From positions 2,112,001 through 2,176,000 of the forward strand of contig CAXXJV010000001.1 in assembly GCA_963663475.2 (NCBI GenBank): a DNA stretch of 64,000 nucleotides, read 5' to 3'. Below, one piece after another: positions 18,323 to 28,485 of this stretch; the first letter of the stretch is position 1; every line of letters starts with the position of its first letter. This DNA is from Candidatus Cloacimonadales bacterium (lineage in GTDB: Bacteria; Cloacimonadota; Cloacimonadia; Cloacimonadales; JAFGVF01). The translations under genes were made by a program, and so were the position numbers. Under the pieces are notes generated by a model. The model saw only the letters and a list, made by a program, of their open reading frames with translations, had not been told where the DNA came from and did no database searches.

Positions 18323-20291
18323 AGATATTATTAAAGGTATTATTGTTAACACTTTAGAGAAACTAAATTTGGAGAATAATAATAAATTTAATATTGAGGT
18401 TCCTAATAATCCTGGTCATGGTGATTATGCTACTAATGTTGCCATGGTCCTATCAAAACTAAATAAGAAAAAACCTCTAGCATTAGCTGAAATGATTAAA
18501 AAACAACTTGAGAAGGATAAACACTTCTCTAAAGTTGAAATAGCAGGACCTGGTTTTATAAATATCACTAATGATAATTCTCTTTACCAAGATCTAGTTT
18601 ATGATATTCTTAAGAAAAAAGAAGAATATGGTACTTCTGATCATGGACATGGTAAAAGAGTCTTACTGGAGTTTGTCTCTGCAAATCCTACAGGTCCTTT
18701 AAACATTGTATCTGCAAGAGCAGCATCATATGGTGATACACTTTATAGAATATTTACTAAAGTTGGCTTTGATGCTAAACGTGAATTCTATATTAATGAT
18801 GCTGGTAATCAAGTTGATATCTTAGCTGAATCACTTGAGCTTCGTTTAAGAGAAGTGAGAGGTGAGAATATTGGCGAGTTTCCTTTAGAAGCTTATCATG
18901 GTGATTACTTAATTAAAATGGCTCAAGAACTAAATGCTGCTGAAGGTAGTAGACTTCTAATGCTTCCTGAAAGAGATAGAATTGAAAATCTTAAGGAATA
19001 TGCCTTAGGTATTATTCATGATATGCAAGTTGAGAGTCTTACTAAGCTAGGAGTTGAATTCGATAGTTGGGTTTCTGAAAAGAAACTTCGTGAACAAGGT
19101 GTGGTTGAAGAAGTCCTAAGTTTCTTAGCTGAAGCAGAATGTACTTATGAAAAAGATGATGCTATTTGGTTCTCATCAACCAAGTTTGGTGATGATAAAG
19201 ATAGAGTGCTTATGAAAGCTGATGGCACAATCACTTATTTTGTTCCTGATTTGGCTTACCACTTAACCAAATATCAAAGGGGATTTGATTATATTATAGA
19301 TGTCTTAGGACCAGATCATCATGGCTATGTTCCTAGATTAATGGCAGCAATTGAAGCACTTAAATATGATAAAAATAAGCTGGAAATTGTATTTTTACAA
19401 CAGATTAATCTTTTTGATGAAGGTGAAAGAATCAAAATGTCAAAACGTCTTGGTAAGATCATAACTATGGATGATCTTATTAATGAGGTTGGTAAAGATG
19501 TAGCTAGATTCTTCTTTATAGATAGGAGAACTAATGCTCATCTGAATTTTGATATGGATCTAGCAACTAAAGAAAGCGAAGAAAATCCTGTATATTATAT
19601 TCAATATGCTCATGCCAGAATTAATAGTATTCTCAAAAGAGCTAGAAAAGAATTCAATATTAGAATTGGTAAACCTTCACGCACAGCTCTTTCATATCTA
19701 ACAAATGAAGATGATATTACTATGATGAAAAAAATGATAGATTATCCTCAGCTTTTAGTTGATGTTGCTGAAACTCGTGAACCTCATCGGTTAGCCAATT
19801 ATGTTTTTGAACTAGCTAGTTTGGTCCATAAGTATTACGGCAAGCATAAAGTAATTGATATGGAAGATTTAGAAACCACTAAAGGTAGACTTTTCTTAAT
19901 TACTGCTGCAAAAAATGTAATTGCTCTAGCTCTTGATCTCTTAGGTGTTAGTGCTCCTGAGAAGATGAAGAGTAAAAGTTCAGCTTCGAAAAAAACTAAG
20001 AAGGAAGTTGGAGAAAGTAAGGCTAGTGGCAAAAAGAAGACAGATAAAAAGGCTTCTACTTCAGAAAAATCTGCTACTAAAAAAGAAAAGAAAACTAAAG
20101 TAAGCAAAGATTCTGACCCTGCTGATAAAAAAACAAGCAAGAAAACTTCTACTAAAAAAGCTTCTGCTAAGGATGCTAAGTCTGAAAAAACTAAAAAGAC
20201 TGATGTAAAAGCTAAAAAAACTAGTAAGAAAACTAGTGATGCAAGTAAAAAAACTACCAAAACTACTACAAAAAAGCCATCTACAAAATAG
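18315..20291 (+). CDS. argS: Arginine--tRNA ligase with a Lys-rich C-terminal extension
   Basis: GDYATN, AGPGFIN, EFVSANPTGPL, KMSKR, YIQYAHARI and LGVSAPEKM, then ~105 aa rich in K/S/T/A. Confidence 0.95.
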   Translation: MIKDIIKGIIVNTLEKLNLENNNKFNIEVPNNPGHGDYATNVAMVLSKLNKKKPLALAEMIKKQLEKDKHFSKVEIAGPGFINITNDNSLYQDLVYDILKKKEEYGTSDHGHGKRVLLEFVSANPTGPLNIVSARAASYGDTLYRIFTKVGFDAKREFYINDAGNQVDILAESLELRLREVRGENIGEFPLEAYHGDYLIKMAQELNAAEGSRLLMLPERDRIENLKEYALGIIHDMQVESLTKLGVEFDSWVSEKKLREQGVVEEVLSFLAEAECTYEKDDAIWFSSTKFGDDKDRVLMKADGTITYFVPDLAYHLTKYQRGFDYIIDVLGPDHHGYVPRLMAAIEALKYDKNKLEIVFLQQINLFDEGERIKMSKRLGKIITMDDLINEVGKDVARFFFIDRRTNAHLNFDMDLATKESEENPVYYIQYAHARINSILKRARKEFNIRIGKPSRTALSYLTNEDDITMMKKMIDYPQLLVDVAETREPHRLANYVFELASLVHKYYGKHKVIDMEDLETTKGRLFLITAAKNVIALALDLLGVSAPEKMKSKSSASKKTKKEVGESKASGKKKTDKKASTSEKSATKKEKKTKVSKDSDPADKKTSKKTSTKKASAKDAKSEKTKKTDVKAKKTSKKTSDASKKTTKTTTKKPSTK

Positions 20292-20322
20292 ATTTTAGCT
20301 GAAAAAATTTGTAACTTGAACC

Positions 20323-20352
20323 TTAATCCCGCGTTTAACAACGTGGGATTAA
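20323..20352 (+). terminator. Stem-loop after argS (probable terminator)
   Basis: TTAATCCCGCGTT/AACGTGGGATTAA inverted repeat. Confidence 0.5.
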
Positions 20353-20368
20353 ATTTATAAGGAGAAAT

Positions 20369-20896
20369 ATGAATATCTTAGTTGTCTCTGATACACATAA
20401 TAATATTGCCTTATTTAGGAAAGTATTAGCCGAGAATAAATCTGATATGCTAATCCATTTAGGTGATTATTGGGAAGACAGTCAGAAAGCAAATTTTAAA
20501 GACTACTCTAAAAGCCTTTATCGTGTTCCTGGTATTTATCATCCTGGTTATAGGAATGGCAATCTTCCTGCAATTGAAGACTTAGATTTACATGGAATAC
20601 CAGTAAAATTAGTTCATAATATTGAAGATATTAATTTCTCTAAGACTTCCAACCAGGTGATTTTTTATGGTCACACTCATATTGCCCAAGTTAGCAGATA
20701 TTCAGGAAATATCCTAATTAATCCAGGACACTTAAAATTAGATGAAGATAGGGGACAGTTAGCCTCCTTTGTTAAATTAATCCTTGGTAAGAATGACTTA
20801 ACTGTAGAAATGCATGAAGTTGTTTCAGGTTTAGTTCAGAGATTTAAAATTATAAAAAATCAAGATAATATATTGGAGTTAGTATATGATGGATAA
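20369..20896 (+). CDS. YfcE-like metallophosphoesterase
   Basis: SDTH, HLGD, GHTH and INPG. Confidence 0.85.
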   Translation: MNILVVSDTHNNIALFRKVLAENKSDMLIHLGDYWEDSQKANFKDYSKSLYRVPGIYHPGYRNGNLPAIEDLDLHGIPVKLVHNIEDINFSKTSNQVIFYGHTHIAQVSRYSGNILINPGHLKLDEDRGQLASFVKLILGKNDLTVEMHEVVSGLVQRFKIIKNQDNILELVYDG

Positions 20897-21869
20897 TCAA
20901 TTTATTCCAAAGAGTGAAAACACTTATGATTTACAGCCACTAATTAGTGAGATTAGAAAGGTTATTGTTGGGCAAGATTATATGGTCGAGAGAATCTTAA
21001 TTGGCTTATTAGCTGATGGTCATATTCTAATTGAGGGTGTTCCAGGCTTAGCTAAAACATTAACCGTAAGTACAATTGCCGCAACTTTAGATGTTGAGTT
21101 TAAAAGAATTCAATTTACTCCAGATTTACTTCCTGCTGATATTACAGGAACTTTGATATATAATCAAAAAACAGCAGACTTTACAGCTAAAAAAGGTCCT
21201 CTGTTTGCTAATTTTATCCTTGCTGATGAAATTAATAGAGCTCCTTCTAAGGTACAATCTGCCTTACTTGAAGCTATGCAAGAGAAACAGGTAACCCTAG
21301 GTGATGAGACTTATTCTCTTCCTAAACCATTCTTAGTCATGGCAACTCAAAATCCTTTAGAACAAGAAGGAACTTATCCTTTACCAGAAGCACAGCTTGA
21401 TAGGTTTATGTTAAAACTTAAGGTATTATACCCAAGTAAGAATGAAGAAAAAGAGATTCTAAAAAGAATGGTAAAGACAAGTGTTTTTAAAATTAACTCA
21501 ATCTTTAAGCCTGAAGATATCATGAAGATGAGACAAGAAGTAGAAAACATATATATGGATGAAAAACTTTATGATTATATAGTTGATATAGTTTTTGCTA
21601 CTAGAAGGCCTGGACTCTATCGTAATTTAAAAGAATTAGAGAACTATATTGATTTTGGAGCTTCTCCTAGAGCTTCTATCTGTTTAGCTAAGGCTGCTAA
21701 AGCCCATGCTTATCTTGAAAATAGAAACTATGTTATTCCTGATGATATTAAGGCTATTAGTAAGGATGTTTTAAGACATAGGATTATCTTGTCTTATGAA
21801 GCTGAAGCAGAGCAATATGACTCAGATATGATTATAAGCAAAATATTTGATGAGGTTGAAGTACCATAG
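20886..21869 (+). CDS. moxR: MoxR-family AAA+ ATPase
   Basis: GVPGLAKT, RIQFTPDLLPAD, DEINRA and ATQNP. Confidence 0.95.
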   Translation: MMDNQFIPKSENTYDLQPLISEIRKVIVGQDYMVERILIGLLADGHILIEGVPGLAKTLTVSTIAATLDVEFKRIQFTPDLLPADITGTLIYNQKTADFTAKKGPLFANFILADEINRAPSKVQSALLEAMQEKQVTLGDETYSLPKPFLVMATQNPLEQEGTYPLPEAQLDRFMLKLKVLYPSKNEEKEILKRMVKTSVFKINSIFKPEDIMKMRQEVENIYMDEKLYDYIVDIVFATRRPGLYRNLKELENYIDFGASPRASICLAKAAKAHAYLENRNYVIPDDIKAISKDVLRHRIILSYEAEAEQYDSDMIISKIFDEVEVP

Positions 21870-21870
21870 T

Positions 21871-22755
21871 ATGGAAACTAAGGATATTATAAAAAAGATA
21901 AAGAAAATTGAGATATCTACTAAAAATATAGTAGAAGAACTATTTGCTGGAGAGTATCACTCTCTCTTTAAAGGTCAAGGCCTGGAGTTCTCTGAAGTTA
22001 GAGAATACACCCCTGGTGATAATTATAAGTTAATTGATTGGAATGTTACTGCCCGTAATCAAAAGCCATTCATAAAGACCTTTGAAGAAACTAGGGAACT
22101 AAATGTTCTGTTTCTAGTAGATTGTAGTGCTTCTAACATTTTTGGTACAAGGAATCAGCTAAAATCTGAATACATTGCAGAAATTACAGCAGTATTGTCT
22201 TTTTCTGCACTTATGAATCAGGATTTATGTGGTCTCCTAATGTTCTCAAATGAAATAGAGAAATATATTCCACCTCGCAAGGGGAAAAAGAGTGCTTTGC
22301 AAATGCTAAGAGAAATTCTTTTCTATGAGGCTAAAGAGAAGGGTACTGATATTGCCAAGGCTATCAAGTTTATCTCAAAAGTTATCAAGAAACGTTCTAT
22401 TATCTTTATTATTTCTGATTTCCAAGATTCTGCTTATGCTGATGCACTCAAGCATCTAAAAAATAAGCATGATGTTATAGCAATAAAAGTTACTGATCCT
22501 GCAGAGTCTCTTTTACCAGCAATGGGAATTGTCCACTTTATAGATCCTGAAAGTGGTCAGGATATTGTAATTAATACTAATAATTCTCGTTTTAGGAAAA
22601 ACTATTTAGCTCAAGCTAACCAAGCTGAGACTGATACCATTAACATAATGAAAGAATGTCAAGTTGATATGTTAAACTTAAATACAGAACAATCGTATGT
22701 TAGAGAATTGCAAAAGTTCTTTAATAAAAGACTAAAAAGAAAGAGGAAGGCTTAG
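21871..22755 (+). CDS. DUF58 protein
   Basis: GQGLEFSEVREY.PGD, IDWNVTAR and FEETRE; start taken at METKD. Confidence 0.92.
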   Translation: METKDIIKKIKKIEISTKNIVEELFAGEYHSLFKGQGLEFSEVREYTPGDNYKLIDWNVTARNQKPFIKTFEETRELNVLFLVDCSASNIFGTRNQLKSEYIAEITAVLSFSALMNQDLCGLLMFSNEIEKYIPPRKGKKSALQMLREILFYEAKEKGTDIAKAIKFISKVIKKRSIIFIISDFQDSAYADALKHLKNKHDVIAIKVTDPAESLLPAMGIVHFIDPESGQDIVINTNNSRFRKNYLAQANQAETDTINIMKECQVDMLNLNTEQSYVRELQKFFNKRLKRKRKA

Positions 22756-22757
22756 AG

Positions 22758-23693
22758 ATGAAAAAGTTTTTAATTTCTATTCTTTTCCTAATTTTAACTT
22801 GTAATGTTTTTAGTTGGGAACAAGAGAATCAGGTTCCTCAGCCGCTGAAAGTTCTTTATCCTTTCTCTATACAGGTTAAGTTTGATAAGCCTTTTAACTT
22901 AATAAAAGCCCATTTAGATAAGCCCGACAATCTTCTTATCTCAGATGAAGATCAGTGGACTTCTACCTTAACAGATTCTTTAAATCTCACATTGATGGCC
23001 TTAAAACCTGGTGAAATTAAGGTTCCTGAAATTAAAATTATTACTTATGATGAACTAGGTGCAGATACTCTTTTTACTAAGTCATTTGACATATTAGTAA
23101 CTGCTGTTAGTGATTCAAGCTCTCAATTAACAGACATTAAGGCTATTCAACCTTCAAAAGCTGCAATCCTCATGGAGACTCAATTTGCCTGGGTTTATAA
23201 ACTGATTAAATACCTGGTAATTATAATTGTTATTATATTCTTTCTTTACCTCTTATATCATTACTACCCAAGCATAAGAGATAGTTTCTTAAAGAATAAA
23301 CTAAGCCAAGATACTGTAAAACTATTGCCTTGGGAATATGCCTTGCAGGAATTACAGGTTATTAAAGATAGAATGCTCTTAGTTCCAGGCAAAGAATACC
23401 TATTCTCGATAGAATTATCCCTCTTAATGAGAAGATTTTTAGAGAAATATTACATGTTCCCAGCTGCAGAAAGAACTACTTCTGAGCTTAAAAGAGATTT
23501 TAAGAGTTTGGATATCAAAGAAAAAGATAAGCTAATTGAGATATTAGCAAAACTTGACCAAGTAAAATACACAAAAGGGAAATTAAGTGAAAATCTTAAT
23601 ACTGACAATATTTATCAGTGGTTTAGAGACTATTTAGCTGATATTAAGTCTTTTGAAGAGAAGAAAGTTCAAGAGATGGAGGTGAAAAAATGA
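22758..23693 (+). CDS. Bat-operon membrane protein (DUF4381/BatD-like)
   Basis: Signal peptide, Ig-like region, TM helix, A.E.TT.E motif; position in the operon. Confidence 0.6.
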   Translation: MKKFLISILFLILTCNVFSWEQENQVPQPLKVLYPFSIQVKFDKPFNLIKAHLDKPDNLLISDEDQWTSTLTDSLNLTLMALKPGEIKVPEIKIITYDELGADTLFTKSFDILVTAVSDSSSQLTDIKAIQPSKAAILMETQFAWVYKLIKYLVIIIVIIFFLYLLYHYYPSIRDSFLKNKLSQDTVKLLPWEYALQELQVIKDRMLLVPGKEYLFSIELSLLMRRFLEKYYMFPAAERTTSELKRDFKSLDIKEKDKLIEILAKLDQVKYTKGKLSENLNTDNIYQWFRDYLADIKSFEEKKVQEMEVKK

Positions 23694-24676
23694 GATTTCA
23701 AAATCCATTAATGCTTTTACTTTTACTAATAATACCCCTTTATATACTTGTTCAAATTTGGTTTAGGAAACGTTACAGTAATAAGATTGTCTTTCCTAGA
23801 TTAAAGTTATTATTGGAGGCTAATAATAATAAAAAAAGGTCTTTTTCAGCCCTTGATATCCTAAGATATATTGCTATATTCTTTATGATTTTTGCACTTG
23901 CAGAAGCTGAAATTAGGAGTAATAATAGAGTTACTGCTACTTGGGAAAGGAGTGATACAGATATTGTTATTTGCTTAGATGTTAGTGGATCCATGCTAAT
24001 GGAAACTAGAAATAATAAGCTAATTTCCCATGTCTTTTCTAATAGATTAAGAGACGCTAAACTTGTTATAGAAAACTTTGTAAATAAACTACGAGGTCAA
24101 CAAGTATCTTTAATTACTTTTTCTAATTCTGCTCAGATACTAACTCCGCTATCTGATGACTACTCTATGGTTATTGATAAAACTAAGAGTATAGAAATTG
24201 ATAGAAACAAGCAGTCTCTAACTGCTATTGGTATGGGTATTGCCCTTTCTTCAGCTGTTTTGAAAGATTCTCCTGCTAAATCAAAATTTATAATCCTGAT
24301 TACTGATGGTGTTAATAATACTGGTATTTATCAGCCAATTGAAGCAACAGAAACTTTTGCTTTACCTTTCGATCTTAAGATTTATCCTATTGGCTTTAAT
24401 GCTGCTAGGCAGGGAGGTTTTACAGGTGCAGATGTTGATATCGAAACTCTTAATAAAATTGCTCAGTTAACTGGAAGTGGTCGGGCTGAATTAGCAAATT
24501 CAAGTGAAGCTTTAGAAAGAATTATTAATAAAATCGGTGAATCAGAAAATATTCATGAAGATAAAGACTTACCCTACGCTTATTATCCAATACATCAGAT
24601 ATTGCTTATTGCAGCCTTTATTCTTCTTATAATTGAATTTTACTTAAGGAAAGTTGCCTACTATGAAGTACAGTAG
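23690..24676 (+). CDS. batA: BatA-like VWA domain protein
   Basis: MRFQNP N-terminus, MIDAS DVSGS, TAIGMG and ITDGVNN. Confidence 0.85.
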   Translation: MRFQNPLMLLLLLIIPLYILVQIWFRKRYSNKIVFPRLKLLLEANNNKKRSFSALDILRYIAIFFMIFALAEAEIRSNNRVTATWERSDTDIVICLDVSGSMLMETRNNKLISHVFSNRLRDAKLVIENFVNKLRGQQVSLITFSNSAQILTPLSDDYSMVIDKTKSIEIDRNKQSLTAIGMGIALSSAVLKDSPAKSKFIILITDGVNNTGIYQPIEATETFALPFDLKIYPIGFNAARQGGFTGADVDIETLNKIAQLTGSGRAELANSSEALERIINKIGESENIHEDKDLPYAYYPIHQILLIAAFILLIIEFYLRKVAYYEVQ

Positions 24677-24724
24677 TCTTATAAATAAAAATAAAAATTT
24701 AGATAGTTTTTGTGGGAGTATTAG

Positions 24725-25729
24725 ATGATTTGGGGAAATGAGTATTGGCAGATATTAATATTTATTATTGCCCCTATTATACTTGTTGGGTCTTTAATTG
24801 TTATGCTGATAACAGATAGAAGAAGAAAAGCAAACTTTGCTAAGTTTTCTTCTGAGAGATTATTTTCTTTTTGGAATCAAGGATTTATTCCTTTTTACTG
24901 GAACCTGCGTACTTTTCTTTTCGCCCTAGCATTAGTCATGATGGTAATAGCAATAGCTAATCCTAAGTGGGGAAAAAAAGAAACTGAATATGCTAGATCA
25001 GGCATAGATATTGTATATCTCTTAGATATTTCTAAAAGTATGGATATAAGTGATATTGCCCCATCTAGACTGCAAAGATCTCTTTCTTTGATAGGAATAT
25101 TATCTGAGAGGTTATCAGGGGATAGAATTGCTCTCATAACTTTCGCAGGAGATACCAATACAGTTTTTTCCTTTACAGATAATATTAAAATTGCTAATTC
25201 AATGATGAATTTAGTTAATACTGATGATGTAAAAGTCATGGGTACTAACATACCTCTTGCTCTGATAGAAACCAATAAGTTAATTGAAAGGGCAGCAAAA
25301 AAGAATGCAGTTGTTTTTCTCTTTAGTGATGGTGAGAACCTTGAGCAAGGAGAAAATCAAATTATGGAGCAAATAGAAAAACTAAAAAGAAGAGGTGTTA
25401 GGTTGTACTCAATCGGGGTTGGTACTCCTAAAGGGCAATTTCTGAAAGATAACACAAATGTTACATCAAGACTCAATGAAGATTTACTAACTAAGATAGC
25501 CCAATCAACTGATGGCAAATATATTGGGTTAAATAAGGATACTAATGCCCTACAAGAGTTAGAAAAGATTATTCAAGAGTATGATAAGAATAGATATTCT
25601 TCTAATAATCCTTTGTTTTATAAAGAACAATTCTGGTTACCCTTAGTGATAGCTTTAATACTTCTGTTAATCGAGACTTTTATTCCTTATGTTAAAAAAA
25701 CTAAACTAAAACGTTATATCGAGAGTTAA
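24725..25729 (+). CDS. batB: BatB-like VWA domain protein
   Basis: ANPKWG, DISKSM, PSRL, FSDGE and GVGTPKG. Confidence 0.85.
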   Translation: MIWGNEYWQILIFIIAPIILVGSLIVMLITDRRRKANFAKFSSERLFSFWNQGFIPFYWNLRTFLFALALVMMVIAIANPKWGKKETEYARSGIDIVYLLDISKSMDISDIAPSRLQRSLSLIGILSERLSGDRIALITFAGDTNTVFSFTDNIKIANSMMNLVNTDDVKVMGTNIPLALIETNKLIERAAKKNAVVFLFSDGENLEQGENQIMEQIEKLKRRGVRLYSIGVGTPKGQFLKDNTNVTSRLNEDLLTKIAQSTDGKYIGLNKDTNALQELEKIIQEYDKNRYSSNNPLFYKEQFWLPLVIALILLLIETFIPYVKKTKLKRYIES

Positions 25730-25731
25730 GT

Positions 25732-26688
25732 ATGAAAAAGATGTTATTTATTTTATTAATATTTATTACCATTAATGCTTATGGCTTTGGTCGTGTTTCT
25801 AAAAACAACCAAGCTGTAAAGGCAATTAATGATACTCTTTTATATAATGCTGAAGAAGAGTTAAAAGAGATATTAGAAAAAGATCCAGATAATCCAATTA
25901 TTAACTATAATTATGGTCTAACTAAGTTAAAGCAATTTGAAGAATATAGAAATGAATCTGCTTTAGCTGAGTCTATTGAAAGTTTTGAAAAAGCTAAGGC
26001 TGATACAAGTCGAACCAATTTGCAGGCTTTGTATTATAACCAAGCTAATGCCTATTATAACCTGAAGGATTATGCTTCAGCAGTAAATAATTATCAGGAG
26101 TCAGCTACATACCTTGATTCAACCAGTGTTGATTTGGACCTAGTTTATAATTTAGCTAATTCAATATATAAATTTGCTGAGGAGAATCCTGAATATGATT
26201 CTTTATTAACTAGGGTAGATGAGATGTACAAATCTATAGTATCTGGTGTGGACCAACAACATAAGCAAAAGATTCTTCATAATCTAGGTAATAGTGCTTT
26301 CAAGCAGAGTAAGTATCAGGATGCTATAAACTATTATGTTGAATCCCTTAGATTAAATCCTAAGTCTGAAACGACTAGAATTAACTATGAAATTGCTTTG
26401 AGAAAGCTGAGTGAACAGCAATCTGGTCAAGAAAAGCAAGAGAATCAAGACAAGAAGAAGTCAGATCAAGAACAAGAAGGTTCAAGTAAGCAAGATCAAG
26501 AACAAGAACAACAGCAACAAGAAGCTAAAGAGAAGCAAGAAGAGTATGATGATTTAAGTAAGGAAGAAAAAGAGAAATTAGAAGCTGAAAAGAAACTTGA
26601 TGCTTTGTTGCAAGAACAATCTAGAGATGATGATAATGAAGATAAAACAAAGTTTAGGCAGAATAGACCTAGTGGAAAATATTGGTAA
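25732..26688 (+). CDS. batC: BatC-like TPR protein
   Basis: TPR units and a Q/E/K-rich tail ending in KYW. Confidence 0.75.
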   Translation: MKKMLFILLIFITINAYGFGRVSKNNQAVKAINDTLLYNAEEELKEILEKDPDNPIINYNYGLTKLKQFEEYRNESALAESIESFEKAKADTSRTNLQALYYNQANAYYNLKDYASAVNNYQESATYLDSTSVDLDLVYNLANSIYKFAEENPEYDSLLTRVDEMYKSIVSGVDQQHKQKILHNLGNSAFKQSKYQDAINYYVESLRLNPKSETTRINYEIALRKLSEQQSGQEKQENQDKKKSDQEQEGSSKQDQEQEQQQQEAKEKQEEYDDLSKEEKEKLEAEKKLDALLQEQSRDDDNEDKTKFRQNRPSGKYW

Positions 26689-26697
26689 TCAGGAGAA

Positions 26698-28482
26698 GTG
26701 ATGAGTCATTACTTAACAAATAAGTTTAATCTACAAGTAAACAGACTTATATTGATTTGTCTTTTTATACTTCCTTTTAAGTTGTTTGCAGATGACATTA
26801 AAGTTGTTTCTTCTGTATCGGCTGATAAAATTGGTATTGAAGATTCTTTTACTTATACAATAAGTGTTGAAACAAGTTCAAACCAGCAGCTAGATGTTGA
26901 TGTGAAATTTGATAATTTCCCAGCTGATTATTTAAGACCGAGCATTTCTACATCTATGTCCACATCATTCATTAATGGAAAGATGTCATCATCTCGGACC
27001 CAATCTCATAAATATACTGTTTATCCTCGATCAGAAGGAATATTAAAAATTCCTCAAGTAAAAGTGATAGTAAATGGTAAAAGTTACACAAGTCAAAGTC
27101 ATACCATAGAAGTTGTTGCTGGATCATTAAGAGCTAAGAATCAAGCTAGAAGCAGATCTAGATCTCCCTTTTCTTCCTTTTTTGACTCAGATTTTGATGA
27201 TTTTCCTTCTAGGGTAAGAACAGATGCTTTTGTTGAAGTTGAGCTTTCAGCTGACTCAATATATATAGGACAGGATATCATTGCAAAATACATCTTTTAC
27301 ACAAGTGATAATAGAAATAGTATAAGTTATGATATGCAAGCTTTTGATGGATATGGTTATGATAGCTCCTCAAAAGATAATGAATCTTGGGAACGAGTAA
27401 GCTATAAAGGTAAGAATTATTTTAGAATTGAAATAACAACCTTCACAATATCAGCTCAAAAATCAGGAGTAATTACTCTTCCGCTTATAACAGTAAATGA
27501 GAGTAGGTTTTTAACAAGTAATACTACCAAAAGTCCTACTAAGAAAGTCTTAGTAAAGGAACTACCAAGCAAGGGAAAGGCAATAGATTTTTCCAACGCA
27601 ATTGGGCAGTTTACTATGGAAGCCAAACTTAACCAGAATATTATGTTTGATAATCAGCAAAATCAGTTGGTCTTAACTATTAAGGGAAAGGGTAATTTTA
27701 ATAAAATTCTCTATCCGCAGGTACCTGATGTTCCTGGATTGGAAATTCTTAAACCAAAAGCAAGTTTAGATTATAAAATTTCTGGTGAAGGTACCTTAGT
27801 ATTACATTATGATATAATACCTTATGAAGCAGGCAGATTTAAAATACCTCCTATTAGTTTTAATTATTTTGATGATGAGAATCAGGCTTATAATACTCTC
27901 TATTCTGAAACTTCATATCTAACAGTTAAGAAGAAAGCAAACTCAGCTTCTAGTGAAGATAAGAATAGCTATAATGTCTTATACAGCAAAAATAAACCAT
28001 ATCTTGCAAGTATAAAGTCTGATTACCTACTAATCCACAAAAGCGCTTATTGGATTTTATTAACTTGTTTAATTTTAGCCATAATTACCTTTATTGTGAT
28101 AAATAAGATTAATCATAATAAGATGAATAACATTAACTATGTCAGGAGACGAGAGGCTATATTAATTCTCAAAAAGGCAATAAAAGAATCAGAAGAATTG
28201 GTTAAAAATAAGGATATTACCTTTTATACCAATGCCCAAAACAATCTATTGAAGTTTATAGCTAAGATTACTAGGGTTTCATTGCAGTTGTCTCAAGAGG
28301 AATTAATAGAAGAACTTAAGAAAAGCAATATTAACAACGTAACAGTTGATAAAATTAAATCTTTTCTGACCTATTGTGAGCAAATAAAATATAGACCAAA
28401 CTTTAAAAGCAGTGAAAATATGCAAAATGATTATCAGAAATTTCTAGCTATCTTTAATGAGATAAAAAATAGTCAAGGATAG
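26698..28482 (+). CDS. batD: BatD-family protein
   Basis: STSFINGK, AIGQF, GKGN, IPPISFNYFD and a TM helix. Confidence 0.85.
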   Translation: MMSHYLTNKFNLQVNRLILICLFILPFKLFADDIKVVSSVSADKIGIEDSFTYTISVETSSNQQLDVDVKFDNFPADYLRPSISTSMSTSFINGKMSSSRTQSHKYTVYPRSEGILKIPQVKVIVNGKSYTSQSHTIEVVAGSLRAKNQARSRSRSPFSSFFDSDFDDFPSRVRTDAFVEVELSADSIYIGQDIIAKYIFYTSDNRNSISYDMQAFDGYGYDSSSKDNESWERVSYKGKNYFRIEITTFTISAQKSGVITLPLITVNESRFLTSNTTKSPTKKVLVKELPSKGKAIDFSNAIGQFTMEAKLNQNIMFDNQQNQLVLTIKGKGNFNKILYPQVPDVPGLEILKPKASLDYKISGEGTLVLHYDIIPYEAGRFKIPPISFNYFDDENQAYNTLYSETSYLTVKKKANSASSEDKNSYNVLYSKNKPYLASIKSDYLLIHKSAYWILLTCLILAIITFIVINKINHNKMNNINYVRRREAILILKKAIKESEELVKNKDITFYTNAQNNLLKFIAKITRVSLQLSQEELIEELKKSNINNVTVDKIKSFLTYCEQIKYRPNFKSSENMQNDYQKFLAIFNEIKNSQG

Positions 28483-28485
28483 ATT

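Noticed and set aside
19835-20341. 168-aa hydrophobic antisense ORF
   Set aside because: It is the mirror of the Lys-rich argS tail (AAA/AAG read as TTT/CTT), not an independent gene
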